Below, one piece after another: positions 10,087 through 20,647 of a stretch of DNA of 64,000 nt (its first letter is position 1; every line of letters starts with the position of its first letter). Below the pieces are notes generated by a model. The model worked only from the letters and a program-made list of their open reading frames with translations, was not told where the DNA came from and did no database searches. Source of the stretch: an uncultured Armatimonadia bacterium (GTDB taxonomy: Bacteria > Armatimonadota > Zipacnadia > CAVVLO01). The position numbers and the translations under genes were made by a program. The DNA lies in assembly GCA_963749155.1 (NCBI GenBank), contig CAVVLO010000002.1, positions 928,001 through 992,000 on the forward strand, given 5' to 3'.

Positions 10087-11640
10087 CTAGTTTTCTCTGT
10101 AGATGACTACCCGCCGGAAAGGCTCGCGCCCTATGCTGCGTGACTTCAGATTGTAAGCGTCAGCCAGGTTATGCTGCAACCGGCGGATATAGGCATTGGC
10201 GGGGTTGAGCTCAAAAGCCTCATCCTCATGAGTCACCATATACTCGACCGCGTCCTCGGCTTCTTTGAGCGCCTCTTGTTCTCTCAGGCCGCCTTCGAGC
10301 TGAAAAATATCCTTGAGCGCCTGCGCAGCCTGGGCCACCGTATTGCTCTTCAGAGGGAAGTACTGCGCGTTGCCAGTCCGACCGGCCGTGGCTCTGGCCC
10401 TGCGGAACTTGGATTGCAACGTAAATACCACCTGGGCCTCTTCTGGCGCTTTGACGAGTTCGACCGGCACCCGCAACTCCTGGGCGGCCTTCTCGACTTT
10501 GTTGCGGCTGATGCCATAAAGAAAAACTCTGACAGGCCTTCGCTCGGCAGCAATCCCATCTCCAGGGGCAATCCCAAGCTCGCCCTCGTCTTTGAATTCG
10601 TCTTCGTCAGCGGCCTCTTGCACGACTTCGATAGAACCTGTGGAGGCCCTTCGACGTACTTCAGGGCTGAGTTGCTGTCCGCGCAGCATCAAGTCCACGG
10701 CATGCGCGACTTCCGCGTGGATAGCCACGGTGGCCGGATCTATCATCTCTACCAGCACTTCGAAGGTCGGTGACTGACGCCGCTCGAGCACTGTCTTCTG
10801 CGTGCCCCGGCGCCTGGCTTCCTCATCGGAGAGCGTCACTGATTCGATGCCCCCGACCAGGTCGGAGAGCGTCGGGTTCATCAGCAGATTCTCCAGCGTG
10901 ATGCCATGGGCCGTCGCCACGAGCTGTACTCCGCGTTCGGCTATGGTGCGGGCTGCCGCCGCTTCCTCCGTCGTGCCAATCTCGTCAATTACGATGACCT
11001 CGGGCATATGGTTCTCGACCGCCTCGATCATCACCGCGTGCTGGCGCTCAGGCGAGGGCACCTGCATCCTGCGCGCCCGGCCTATGCCTGGATGCGGCAC
11101 ATCGCCATCGCCGGCTATCTCGTTGGAGGTATCCACCACCACAACGCGTTTCTTGAAGTCGTCCGCGAGCACGCGCGCCGCTTCGCGCAGCATCGTCGTC
11201 TTGCCAATACCTGGTTTTCCGAGCAGTAAAATACTGCGACCGCTTTCTATCAGGTCGCGCAGTATCTCCACTGTGCCAAAAACAGCCCGGCCCACTCTCA
11301 GTGTCAGCCCCAGGATAATGCCTGTCCGGCTGCGTATGGCTGATATCCGATGGAGCGTCCGCGCGATACCTGCCCGGTTGTCTCCGCCAAATTCGCTGAT
11401 GCGCTCGACGACATGCTGAAGCTGGGTCGGAGACACCACTTCATCTGTCAGCACCTCGAATCGTTCGGAAAAGCGCGCCTCGGGCTCCCGGCCGAGATCC
11501 AGCACAATCTCAAGCAGTTCGTGATAGTCTGGATCCTGCTTGACCAGTGAGGCCAGCTCAGGAGGCAGCACATCCAGCAGGATTGGCAGGTCGTCGGTTA
11601 TCTTGAGGCCAGGCGAGGAGAAAAGCTTGTTGTCACTCAA
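10087..11640 (-). CDS. Ycf45/SpoIIIAA-like AAA ATPase with C-terminal R3H domain
   Basis: LDLGREPEARF, RTLHRIS, GKPGIGKTT, AVENHMPEVIVIDEIG, C-terminal RRLQH...S.GREP.RRV. Confidence 0.9.
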   Translation of the reverse strand: MSDNKLFSSPGLKITDDLPILLDVLPPELASLVKQDPDYHELLEIVLDLGREPEARFSERFEVLTDEVVSPTQLQHVVERISEFGGDNRAGIARTLHRISAIRSRTGIILGLTLRVGRAVFGTVEILRDLIESGRSILLLGKPGIGKTTMLREAARVLADDFKKRVVVVDTSNEIAGDGDVPHPGIGRARRMQVPSPERQHAVMIEAVENHMPEVIVIDEIGTTEEAAAARTIAERGVQLVATAHGITLENLLMNPTLSDLVGGIESVTLSDEEARRRGTQKTVLERRQSPTFEVLVEMIDPATVAIHAEVAHAVDLMLRGQQLSPEVRRRASTGSIEVVQEAADEDEFKDEGELGIAPGDGIAAERRPVRVFLYGISRNKVEKAAQELRVPVELVKAPEEAQVVFTLQSKFRRARATAGRTGNAQYFPLKSNTVAQAAQALKDIFQLEGGLREQEALKEAEDAVEYMVTHEDEAFELNPANAYIRRLQHNLADAYNLKSRSIGREPFRRVVIYREN

Positions 11641-11732
11641 TCCAGGACCACCTCGCAGTTGTTGTTTCGATTATAGCACTCACTCTGACTGCAACTGAGG
11701 CGATTTGAACGACTCTTAACTTTCAAAGCTAC

Positions 11733-11761
11733 TTGCCCAAGTTCCAAACGTGCGCTAACCT
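11733..11761 (+). promoter_or_regulatory. Putative sigma70 promoter for the large glycoside hydrolase gene
   Basis: TTGCCC-17 nt-TAACCT upstream of the GGGAGGA RBS and ATG 11795. Confidence 0.45.
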
Positions 11762-11794
11762 TCCTTACTAGCGAACTCACTCAGGGAGGACCTG

Positions 11795-14700
11795 ATGCCT
11801 CGCCTGCTTCTGCTTTGCCTGCTGCTCGCCTGGGCCTGGCCTGCCAGCGCCTTGCGGCTTGCGGTGCTTTCCGAGGCTGGCTTTCCTCATAATGCCCTCG
11901 GTGATGCCAAGGCGCTTTCCGCGACCGAAATCGGCCAGTATCTCGACCGGTTCGGCGATGTCTCGGTGCTGAACTACGATGAAGCCAGCAGGCCTGACTT
12001 GCTCTCACCTGATCTTTTCGACGTGTTTGTAGTTCCCTATGGAGGCAACTATCCCCTTTATCTTTTGCCCAATCTTCTGCACTTCTGCGAGCGCGGAGGC
12101 GATCTCATCCTGGCCGAAGGCGCGCCTTTCTCGGTCCCCTATGAGGTGCGCGGTGGCGCCTGGATGCCTGTCACGGTCAGCAGGCACGATATGGGGGGGA
12201 TGTATTACGAAGGGATGCGCTTGCTGGACTTCCGGGATTTCGGCTTGTTCGCTTACCGGGTGCCGCCCCAGCTCAGATTGCTCGAGTATGGAGAATTGCG
12301 TATCTCAGAATCGTATGACGGCTATCTGGTCGGCGCGCACACAAGTGACAGGCTGCACCAGGACACCCAGGTCGCGCGCAATTTTCCTCTGCTGACCGCG
12401 CGAGATAAATATGGCGAGGTCTCCGGCAGCGCAGCCACTCTTGTCAGGCACTTCGCAGGGCAGTTTCAGGATTCTACCTGGATTATTTTGGGAGGATATG
12501 GCAAGACCAGTCCCTTGCATCCAGCCTTCAAGGACCGCGACCGGTTTTGGGCCGAAACCTTAACTTGCCTGGATTACCCCGCGTTTGCGCCAGCGGCTTT
12601 CGACTTGCCCGGCTATCTGCCCGGCGAGCGCGCTTCCTGTCAGCTTAAAGTCCGCAGCAGTGCCACGACCTACGTGGAAGCCCGATTGAGGCTTAGTCTG
12701 GTTGCAGAAGATGGCACCGAACTAACCTCCTCTCTTGTTACAGGCGTTGGCGAACAGGCTTTGCGGCTTGCGCCTCGCGCGACCGCAACTTTCGCCGCGA
12801 GCTTCACCGTGCCAGACCTGACCAACCAGTTCATCACGCTCACCGCTACGCTCAGTGATCTGTCAGGCCACGAGCTGGATACCTGCGAAGTTGCCTGCTG
12901 GGTACTCGGCGAGACTCCTGAAGGGCCAGAACTCTCCATCACCTCGCCCTTCTTCGAGCTGGACAAGCGTCCGCGCCAGGTGTTTGGCATCAATTATTCA
13001 GGGCCGGTCGATGGCGCCCATTTGGGGCTTGCCAGTTTCAACCTGGCCTCCTACAAGCATGACCTGGAGCACTTCAGGCAAGCTGGCGTGCCTGTTATCT
13101 CTTTGTTCAGCCACCGATATGACGCTGGCCAGTCCGCTGACGACCTGCGTAACCTGCGCCTCGACCTGGCCCGGATGGCCGCTGCCAAGCGAGAGGGGCT
13201 GCTGGTCAAATTCATCACCCTGGACAAACAGGTTATCTGGAGTGGCGAAGGCTACCAGTCCTGGTTGCTCGATAGCAGCTTCCTTACCCGCCAGGGAGAT
13301 GTGCTGGCTGGTTATGCAAGTCAGTGGCGGAATGTCTTGTTCGATATCACAAGCGAAGCCTATCTGGTCCAGCGAGAGAGCGCTCTGCTACGCGGCGCTT
13401 TCCAGGACTGGCTTGCTGATCACTACACTAATCCGGCCGAGGCCCTGGAGCGCTGGGGCCTTGCTCAGGAATCCGCTCCAACCAGCTTTGCGGGGCTGCC
13501 CGTGCCCGATCCCGCTGTCTCGTTGATGGGCGACAACTGGTGCCTCAATCTCGCTACTGTGCTGACTCTGCTGCCAGAAAAACCTGTGCCAGTCCAACAC
13601 GACTATTTTGCGTTTTCTGCCAGCGTCTATGACCGGTTTTACAGTCGCCTTCGGTCTGCGCTTGGCCCAGCTGGCAAAGGCCAGTACCTGACTGGGCTTT
13701 CGATGTCAGGTGGTGGACGCGCCTGGCCCTGGGATACGGCTGGCAGTCTCGATGTGCCCAACTCTCACCTGTACGACCAGTTGCTCGGGCTTGCCGGAGG
13801 CCTGGCTCTGGATGATTTTCGTTCTATAAACAAGCCCTTCTTCGCCGGAGAACTGGGCTACTATGACAGCAGCTATCTGCCGCCCGAGTTTCAGCTAACC
13901 AGTTTCTCCGAGCAGCAACGCGGTTATTACGAGGAAGCCATCACCCGCGCGCTTATGCGTCAGACTGCTGGCTTGCTCTTCTGGGAATTGCATGATGGTC
14001 GCAACGAGTGGCAAATAGAAAAAGGTGTCGAATCGGATTACGGCCTGGTCTCCAAGGCAAATGAGGTGCCGAAGGCAGGCTTCTGGGCAGTGCGCAATGC
14101 CAACCTGTTAGGCGCGCTCACGACGCCCCGTATGCGCCCTCCTCAGGCAGTGCTCGTGCTGCCGATGGAACTAATCAACTCCTCCTATTGGGCGCTGGCG
14201 ATGCACCGGTTGCGCGCCACTGCCAATTGCCTGATGGCGTCGGGACTGGACTTTTGGACTGTACCCTCGACTGCGCTTGCCAGTATCCCGTCTGAAGCGA
14301 AACTCGTGCTTTGCCCGCTCCTCTGGGGGCTCTCCGATGGAGAATGGGCTGCTCTGCGGCAGCTCGCAGAATCCGGAAAACTGGTCTACGTAAGCGGTGA
14401 TGTGCTGCGCGACGAGTACCTGCTGGCTCGCAAGCCCGACCGGCTTGCAGACCTAAAACTCGGCGCGCGCGCTTCGCTCTTTGGCGATCTGCGCGGCCTG
14501 CTGACCTCGGCGCCAGTTGAAGTCACTCCAACCGAAGAGCTTGCCGGCGCTTTGGAAGTCACAACTCACCTGGCTGGGTCATCCCCTGCTCGAGCTTGCG
14601 CCTCGTCGGGAAGGCAAGGTGCTCGCGAGAACCGCCAGTGGCTCTCCTGTCCTGGTGGAGCTTTCTCTTGGCGCAGGACATTTGGTCTACTCGGCTGATC

Positions 14701-15423
14701 CGCTCGAATTCTACATCGCGCTCGATGATGGCGGCACAATCAACGCGTATGCCGAACCCCTCACCTGGCTCTACAGGCGCCTGGCCGCGCGCGCCGGACT
14801 CGAGCTGCCTGCGGCCACGCCCGCGCCTTGGGGGCTGCACCTGGCGAGCCTCAGCTTCGCCGAAGGACCCGGTCTTGCAGCGGTTTATAGCAAGAGGCAG
14901 GCGGCCTCCTGGGAGCTTTATTCTCTGCCTTCTGATACGCCAGAGCGCTTCCAACTTGCCATCGCAGGGCGTTCTTGCGAGGCCGATATCAGGCCGGGCT
15001 CGACTGCACTGGCACTCTTCCTCGAGCGGGGAGGCCCCTGGCTCTTGCAGGTAGATGGCCATTTCGCCGATCCTGTCGGCGGAGACAGAGTGGACACCCG
15101 TAACGGCTCCGCGCTCTTCCTTGTGGGACTCGACCATCAACCGCTGTCCAGCAGCACCGAGTTGCTTGTCATACCGCGCCTGGTACAAGGGAAGGAAAAA
15201 CTTGCCTTGCGTCGTTCTCCCAATGCGCCAAGGCTTGAAGCGGTCGTTGTCGAATTAACTACTGGCAAAGCCCAATTGCTCGAAGCCCCAAGCCTGAAGC
15301 AATCGAGTACAGGCTTCGAACTGGAGCTTATCTCCTGATGAGACTCACCAGCTAATTTTGCTTACCGAGAAGGGGAGGGGCGCCGAAATTGCCGCGAAGC
15401 TGGCCGCTTTGCTTGCTGATTAG
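11795..15423 (+). CDS. Large secreted multidomain clan GH-A glycoside hydrolase-like protein (GH5/GH42-like); frameshifts near 14577 and probably near 15330
   Basis: Signal peptide; GATase-like N-domain (PYGGNYP, RGGDLI..GAPF); TIM-barrel-like core with FDITSEAY and PFFAGELG; GH42 trimerisation-like segment. ORF 14517-15338 continues it; a further shift would read SPDETHQL...LLAD to TAG 15423 (end uncertain: 15338 or 15423). Confidence 0.6.
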
Positions 15424-17311
15424 CCTGAGCTTCACTCTGGCTGGCCCTGGCTTTGCCCAACCGGGCTGGGCGCCACCTGTGCTTGCGGCCTCCTTGGCGC
15501 TTTCGGAGTCTGACTTGTCGCCCGCCGAAGCCCTGGCCTTCGCGGAAAGTCAGCCCCAGACCCCCCAGGCTAATCCCGCGCTCGCTTTGGCTCTTGAGTC
15601 ACCTGATGACACAATCCGCCTTCGCGCCGCCGAATTGTTGCTTGCCCAGTCAGAGTGCCCATGGCACGCGAAAGCACTGCTTGTGAAAGCTGACTCACTA
15701 CCCCAGGCTGAAGCAAAACCGTTGCTTGAGCAAATCGTCCAGCATCATCCGCTAGAACCTGAAGCCTCTGAAGCTTTGTTGCGTATTGCTGAACTGGCTC
15801 TGATCTCTCGTCAGCCGAAACAGGCCGAGATACTTGCGACCGGATTGCTCGCCAAGTATCCCCTTTGCCCCGAGCTCTATGAAGCCCGCCTGTTGATTGC
15901 CCAGGCGGCCGCTGATCAGGGCAATCTCGATCTGGCCTTGCGCCTGCTCAAAGCGCTGATCAAGCTGGCGCCGGATTCGCTTGCCTCCCTTGAAGCCGCC
16001 AGGCGCGCAAATGAGCTGGCCCCTGACACCTATGCAGTCGAGGGCCGTTTCCGCTGCCACGAAGCCGAGGACCATCTGGCACTTGCGCGGTCTTTATTCG
16101 AGCAGGGAGAGGACTATCAAAGCGCAGCCGAGGGCTTCCGGCGTTATATCGAATTCTATCCGACCAGTGAATACTGCCCCGAGGCGCTGGAGCTGCTTGC
16201 AAAGTCTCTTGAGGCTGCTGGCGCTCTCTGGACCCCTGGGCTAGCCCTGCCCCGCCTTGAGACCATCGTTTTCGTTGACACTAGCGATACCGACCGAGAC
16301 CAGCTTGTAAAGCAGCAGGCGCTGACTCGGGGCAAATTAAACGACTTGGACACGGCCTCCAAGGCCTGGCTAGAACTGGCGTTGCGTTATCCTGGCAGCG
16401 GTTATCAACTCGAAGCTATGGCAGGACTAGGCCGCAGCGCTCTGGCTGGCGGCGATCCGACCCCTCTGCTTACCTTTGCAACCCTGGTGAAGCAGCAAGC
16501 GCCAGCTTCGCCCCAGGCGCGCGAGGTTGAAAAATTGCTGGGCAGATGGGCGCTTTCCAACGCTTACAAGCCTGAGGCCTTGTCTGAAGGTCTGCTTGCG
16601 GTTGCACCGGAAGCTTTCCGCCAGCAGGCCTGGCTCGCCGAGGCGCTCTCGACCCCTGCTCTGGAGCTTGCTCCTGGTGAGGTAGCCTCTCTGCTCCTGG
16701 GCGCGCCCAGTCAGCTTCAGGTGGGAGGTTCTCTTCTTACAGGGCCTGCCGGAGCGCTTGCCTTGCTGGGGCAAGCAGGGCTTGACCAACGCCTGGCCGG
16801 CTTGCTGCCAGCCGAACTCAAAGCCTCTCTGGAGATTGCTCCCCTTGACCAGCCTGTCTCGGGAGCTTTGCTTGATGCGATTGACCCAGTTTCCATCGCA
16901 CGCAGACTTTTCTACCGTCAGCTGGAGGTCGCGCTAAGGCTGTCGCCGAGGGCTGACGCCGCCAGGCCTCTTGCCAAGGGACTTGCCTGGTGGCTCGCTC
17001 TGGCCATGACTGGGCAGGCTTTTGGGCAGGAGGTTTCGACGTTGCCAGGTCAGGCAGAGCAACTCGCAGCCGAGTTTGAGCTGGCTTGCGCCCCCTTCGA
17101 GGCACTCGGCGGGGAGGTTGCTTTGGGGCTTTGGATTCGTGCCCTGGGCTCTCCACTTGCTGCTGAAGCAAGTCTGCCAGGCAAGTTGCTTGCCGAAATC
17201 GCCAGGCGCGAACAAGCCAGCAATCCAACTGAGGCTTTGTTCCAGGCCGCCTCTGCCGCATCAGGCAGGCAGGTCGAAGCCAGCTTCGAACCACTTGCGT
17301 TGCCTTACTAA
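15389..17311 (+). CDS. Secreted tetratricopeptide-repeat protein (BamD/YbgF-like repeats)
   Basis: Signal peptide and repeated helical units ending YP/HP (LLAKYP, YIEFYPTSEY, LALRYPGS). Confidence 0.7.
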   Translation: MPRSWPLCLLISLSFTLAGPGFAQPGWAPPVLAASLALSESDLSPAEALAFAESQPQTPQANPALALALESPDDTIRLRAAELLLAQSECPWHAKALLVKADSLPQAEAKPLLEQIVQHHPLEPEASEALLRIAELALISRQPKQAEILATGLLAKYPLCPELYEARLLIAQAAADQGNLDLALRLLKALIKLAPDSLASLEAARRANELAPDTYAVEGRFRCHEAEDHLALARSLFEQGEDYQSAAEGFRRYIEFYPTSEYCPEALELLAKSLEAAGALWTPGLALPRLETIVFVDTSDTDRDQLVKQQALTRGKLNDLDTASKAWLELALRYPGSGYQLEAMAGLGRSALAGGDPTPLLTFATLVKQQAPASPQAREVEKLLGRWALSNAYKPEALSEGLLAVAPEAFRQQAWLAEALSTPALELAPGEVASLLLGAPSQLQVGGSLLTGPAGALALLGQAGLDQRLAGLLPAELKASLEIAPLDQPVSGALLDAIDPVSIARRLFYRQLEVALRLSPRADAARPLAKGLAWWLALAMTGQAFGQEVSTLPGQAEQLAAEFELACAPFEALGGEVALGLWIRALGSPLAAEASLPGKLLAEIARREQASNPTEALFQAASAASGRQVEASFEPLALPY

Positions 17312-18510
17312 TCCCAGCGCCGGGTGGGCACAAGCACCAGTCCAAGGAGCGCTGCTACTAGTCCCGCGCCTGCGCTGACAAAGAAGGCCACCTGGCCCGT
17401 GCCGAAGTGATCCCACAAGGTACCAGCCAACACGCTGGAGGCCATAATCGCAACCCCTTGCACCGCGTGGAATACTCCCAGGGGAGTGCCGCGCGCCTTC
17501 TGTACTCCAAGCTCGCTTGCGATAGTGCGCGAGACAGTTTCCGAGACGCCCTTCTGCCCGCCATACAGCCCCATCAGCACCCAGGCCCAGAGGACTCCAG
17601 TGGTGAGCGCAAAGCCAAGCGACACCGCCGCAAGACCCAGAAAAGCCCCCAGGAGCAGGCTCTTGCGACCGATCTTGTCTGCCAGCTTGCCAGCAGGCAG
17701 GGGCGTGAGCATATAGATGACATTGGAGAAAGCGTAGACCAGCGGCCCGAAATGCTCCGGCACGCCCATCTCGACCGCTCGCAGGATGAAGAACATATAG
17801 CTGAAATCACAGAACGCGAAGAGGCCAGTGACCGCCGCATATTGAGTGACAGCTCTGGCGCGCGCGGCCCGGGCAACTGTACTTGTGTGATTTTCGGCTT
17901 TCAGCTCAGCCTTGCCAGGCACCTCACGAACTAGCAGGAAGGCAGCCAATACCGCCAGTACGCCAAGCCCCGCAGCCACAAGAAAAGTGTCTCTATAACG
18001 GAAGTCTCCCTTGAAGCTGGCGAGCAGCGCAAAACCAAGTAGCGAGCCGATGACAGCCCCGGTTGTATCCATCATCCGGTGAAGGCCAAAACTGGCGGCG
18101 CGCCTTTCCGCCGGGACGGAATCAGCAATCAATGCATCACGAGGCGCACTGCGGATTCCCTTTCCAACCCTGTCAAAAAATCTTAGCGTCAGTACTTGCC
18201 AGCCCAGCGTTGCGAAGGAGAGCAAGGTCTTGGCCAGCCACGAAAACGAATAGCCGGTAACTACCAAACCTTTACGTTTGCCCAGCCTGTCCGATAGCCA
18301 GCCACTGGCCAGCTTGAGCGCGCTGCTGGCGCCCTCCGACAGGCCGTCTATCAAGCCAATCAACTGCTTGGGCAGGCCAAGCTGCACCGCAAGAAAAGTC
18401 GGTAGCAACGCCAGGATTATCTCGCTGTGGACGTCCGTCAGCAGGCTGACGATGCCCAGGTAGACGGGATTGCGTTCGGTCTTGCTGGTCTTTGTGGATT
18501 GTTGTTCCAA
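17308..18510 (-). CDS. MFS transporter
   Basis: GWLSDRLGKRK, DRVGKGIRSAPRDALIADS, GLHRMMDTTGA; ~12 TM. Confidence 0.92.
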   Translation of the reverse strand: MEQQSTKTSKTERNPVYLGIVSLLTDVHSEIILALLPTFLAVQLGLPKQLIGLIDGLSEGASSALKLASGWLSDRLGKRKGLVVTGYSFSWLAKTLLSFATLGWQVLTLRFFDRVGKGIRSAPRDALIADSVPAERRAASFGLHRMMDTTGAVIGSLLGFALLASFKGDFRYRDTFLVAAGLGVLAVLAAFLLVREVPGKAELKAENHTSTVARAARARAVTQYAAVTGLFAFCDFSYMFFILRAVEMGVPEHFGPLVYAFSNVIYMLTPLPAGKLADKIGRKSLLLGAFLGLAAVSLGFALTTGVLWAWVLMGLYGGQKGVSETVSRTIASELGVQKARGTPLGVFHAVQGVAIMASSVLAGTLWDHFGTGQVAFFVSAGAGLVAALLGLVLVPTRRWD

Positions 18511-18519
18511 AGGCGCCTC

Positions 18520-19593
18520 TTAACGTGTCACTGGTTCGACCTGTCCACTTGCAAGACTGCGATGAGCAGCCTGGGCGATTGCGGTGGCCTCCAGGCCTGC
18601 CTCTCCATCAGGATAAGTGCCCGCCAAATCGGCCAGACTGGCGCCCTGGGCGAGGGCCTCCAGGTTCTCCACGAAGTCGGCGATGCTCTCAATCCCGTAT
18701 CCTTTGAACACCGACCGGCCCTGTTTGTCGCTCTCCTCGCGCAGGAAATTGTTGTTCCAGGTGCGCATCCCCTCGGCCTCGGTCGCCGACTGGCTGCCCC
18801 GATACTGGGAATCGCACTCCCACATCCCCTCGGTGCCCACAATCCGGATGCCCTGGTTGACGATGGCCTCAAAGCCGCGCGGCAAGATCCATGAGCTATC
18901 GAAATAGCAACACGCCCCACCCTCGTAGCGCACCTGCACGGAGACATGATCCCAGGCAGGGATGCCGAGGCTCGCAAGTTTGCGCTTGTTGCCGACAGCC
19001 CTCACGCTCTCGGCCTTCAGGCCCGTGATGAAGTGGAAGAGATCGTAGAAATGTACTCCCAGGAACCACGCCGGCGAGCTGTCAGGCGCCCAGCCGGGGA
19101 ACCAGTCCACCGGCACCTCGATGCGGTCTTCCATATGCACATAGCCGTAAAGCGCCTCGCCCAGCTTGCCTGCGGTATATTCGCCGCGCATATTGAGGTG
19201 CTCGGGGTCGTAGCGCTTGTGGAAATCCACCTGCAGCAGCCTGGCTGCCTTCTCCGCCGCCTCGATAAGTTGATTGCACCCCTCGGTGGTGGTGTCCATC
19301 GGCTTCTCGACCAGCACGTGCAGGCCGCGCTCCAGCGCCGCAAGAGCCATCGGGCGGTGCAGATGATCAGGAGTAACGATGGTGACGGCATCCAACTGTA
19401 CTTCCTCCAGCATCTGCTGCCAGTCTGTATAACCGGACGGGCCGGGGAACTCCGCGAGGCGCCCGGTGAGCGTCGCTTCGCTGCGGCTGCAGATTGCCAC
19501 CAGCTCAACCCGGCCCTGGCGCTCCAGTTGCTTCATACAGCGCAGGTGTTGCAAGCCAAATTTGCCGAGGCCTATCACGCCAATCCGGATCAT
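18520..19593 (-). CDS. Gfo/Idh/MocA family oxidoreductase
   Basis: Likely start MIRIGVIGLGKFG at 19593; TPDHLH, VEKP, DFHKRYDP, GVHFYD. Confidence 0.9.
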   Translation of the reverse strand: MIRIGVIGLGKFGLQHLRCMKQLERQGRVELVAICSRSEATLTGRLAEFPGPSGYTDWQQMLEEVQLDAVTIVTPDHLHRPMALAALERGLHVLVEKPMDTTTEGCNQLIEAAEKAARLLQVDFHKRYDPEHLNMRGEYTAGKLGEALYGYVHMEDRIEVPVDWFPGWAPDSSPAWFLGVHFYDLFHFITGLKAESVRAVGNKRKLASLGIPAWDHVSVQVRYEGGACCYFDSSWILPRGFEAIVNQGIRIVGTEGMWECDSQYRGSQSATEAEGMRTWNNNFLREESDKQGRSVFKGYGIESIADFVENLEALAQGASLADLAGTYPDGEAGLEATAIAQAAHRSLASGQVEPVTR

Positions 19594-20627
19594 TACGCGC
19601 CTCCAAAATCCTTGAGTGACAGGGGCATCCCCGTCTCTGCCGACTCTTCGATGGCCATGATAACTCGGGTAGCTTCGAGTCCATCCTGGCCTGTGACAAG
19701 TGGCTCGCGCCCCTCGATGAGACAATCTATAAAGTGAGTGATGCTGGCGCTCATAAAGCCGACTCGCCGCCCGTGGATGACGATATCGCCCAGCACGTCA
19801 GGGCAGGAGGGGCCGGTGGTATATTTTTCCGCCACGCCCGCGTCACTGCTGTTGATGTAGTAGCTGCCCTTACTGCCGATAAGGGAAAATTTCAAGTTGA
19901 AGATATTGCGCTCCGCTTCGGGCAGTATCCAGTTGTTCTCGACACTCGCCACGGCGCCCTTGTGGAAGCGCAGGATGTACTTGTAGAAGTCGGCCGTCGT
20001 GATGCCCTGGCCAGTCAGCACCCCTTCGCCCTTGACCGCGTAAACGTGACTGACCTCATCGTCCAGCAGCCAGCGCAAGGTGTCCAGGACATGCGAGCCG
20101 AGGAACCACAATACGCTGCTGCGGCCAGCCCAGGGCAGGTATTTGGTTGGGACATAGATGGTATCGTTCAGGCGGAAGTCCAGACTTTTTGGCTCGCCCA
20201 GCTCGCCCGTGTCGAGGGCCTGCTTCAGTTGGTAGAAGGGCGGGCTCCATCGGTTGTGAAAGTCAACCATCAGCCGCACCCCGGCGCGCCTTGCGGCCTC
20301 TATCACCCGCGCGCAATCGCCAGGTGTGAGCGCGAGGGGCTTCTCGACCAGCAGGTTCACGCCAGCCTCGGCCGCTGCGATGGCAATCTCGGTGTGAGCG
20401 AAATCTGGCGTTGCGATGGACAAGGCCTCGATACCTGATTGCTCGAGCAGCGCTTCCCAGCTTGCGTAGGCCCTGTCGGCGTTGCACTCTTGGGCGACCG
20501 CTTGCGCCCGGGCCAGGTCCAGATCAGCAATCGCAACCAGTTCGACCCTGGCATCGCCAGCATATACACGCGCGTGAAGCCTGCCCCACGTGCCCGCACC
20601 AATCACACCGACTCTTATGCGTTCCAT
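19593..20627 (-). CDS. Gfo/Idh/MocA family oxidoreductase
   Basis: RVGVIGAGTWG, TPDFAH, VEKP, DFHNRWSP, GSHVLD. Confidence 0.92.
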   Translation of the reverse strand: MERIRVGVIGAGTWGRLHARVYAGDARVELVAIADLDLARAQAVAQECNADRAYASWEALLEQSGIEALSIATPDFAHTEIAIAAAEAGVNLLVEKPLALTPGDCARVIEAARRAGVRLMVDFHNRWSPPFYQLKQALDTGELGEPKSLDFRLNDTIYVPTKYLPWAGRSSVLWFLGSHVLDTLRWLLDDEVSHVYAVKGEGVLTGQGITTADFYKYILRFHKGAVASVENNWILPEAERNIFNLKFSLIGSKGSYYINSSDAGVAEKYTTGPSCPDVLGDIVIHGRRVGFMSASITHFIDCLIEGREPLVTGQDGLEATRVIMAIEESAETGMPLSLKDFGGA

Positions 20628-20647
20628 CCTGGTAACCCCCAGTTATG

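Noticed and set aside
15336..15341. TGA read-through (selenocysteine or recoding) at premature TGA stops such as 15336 and 23560
   Set aside because: The coding continuation is in a different frame, and TGA terminates many intact genes in the window.
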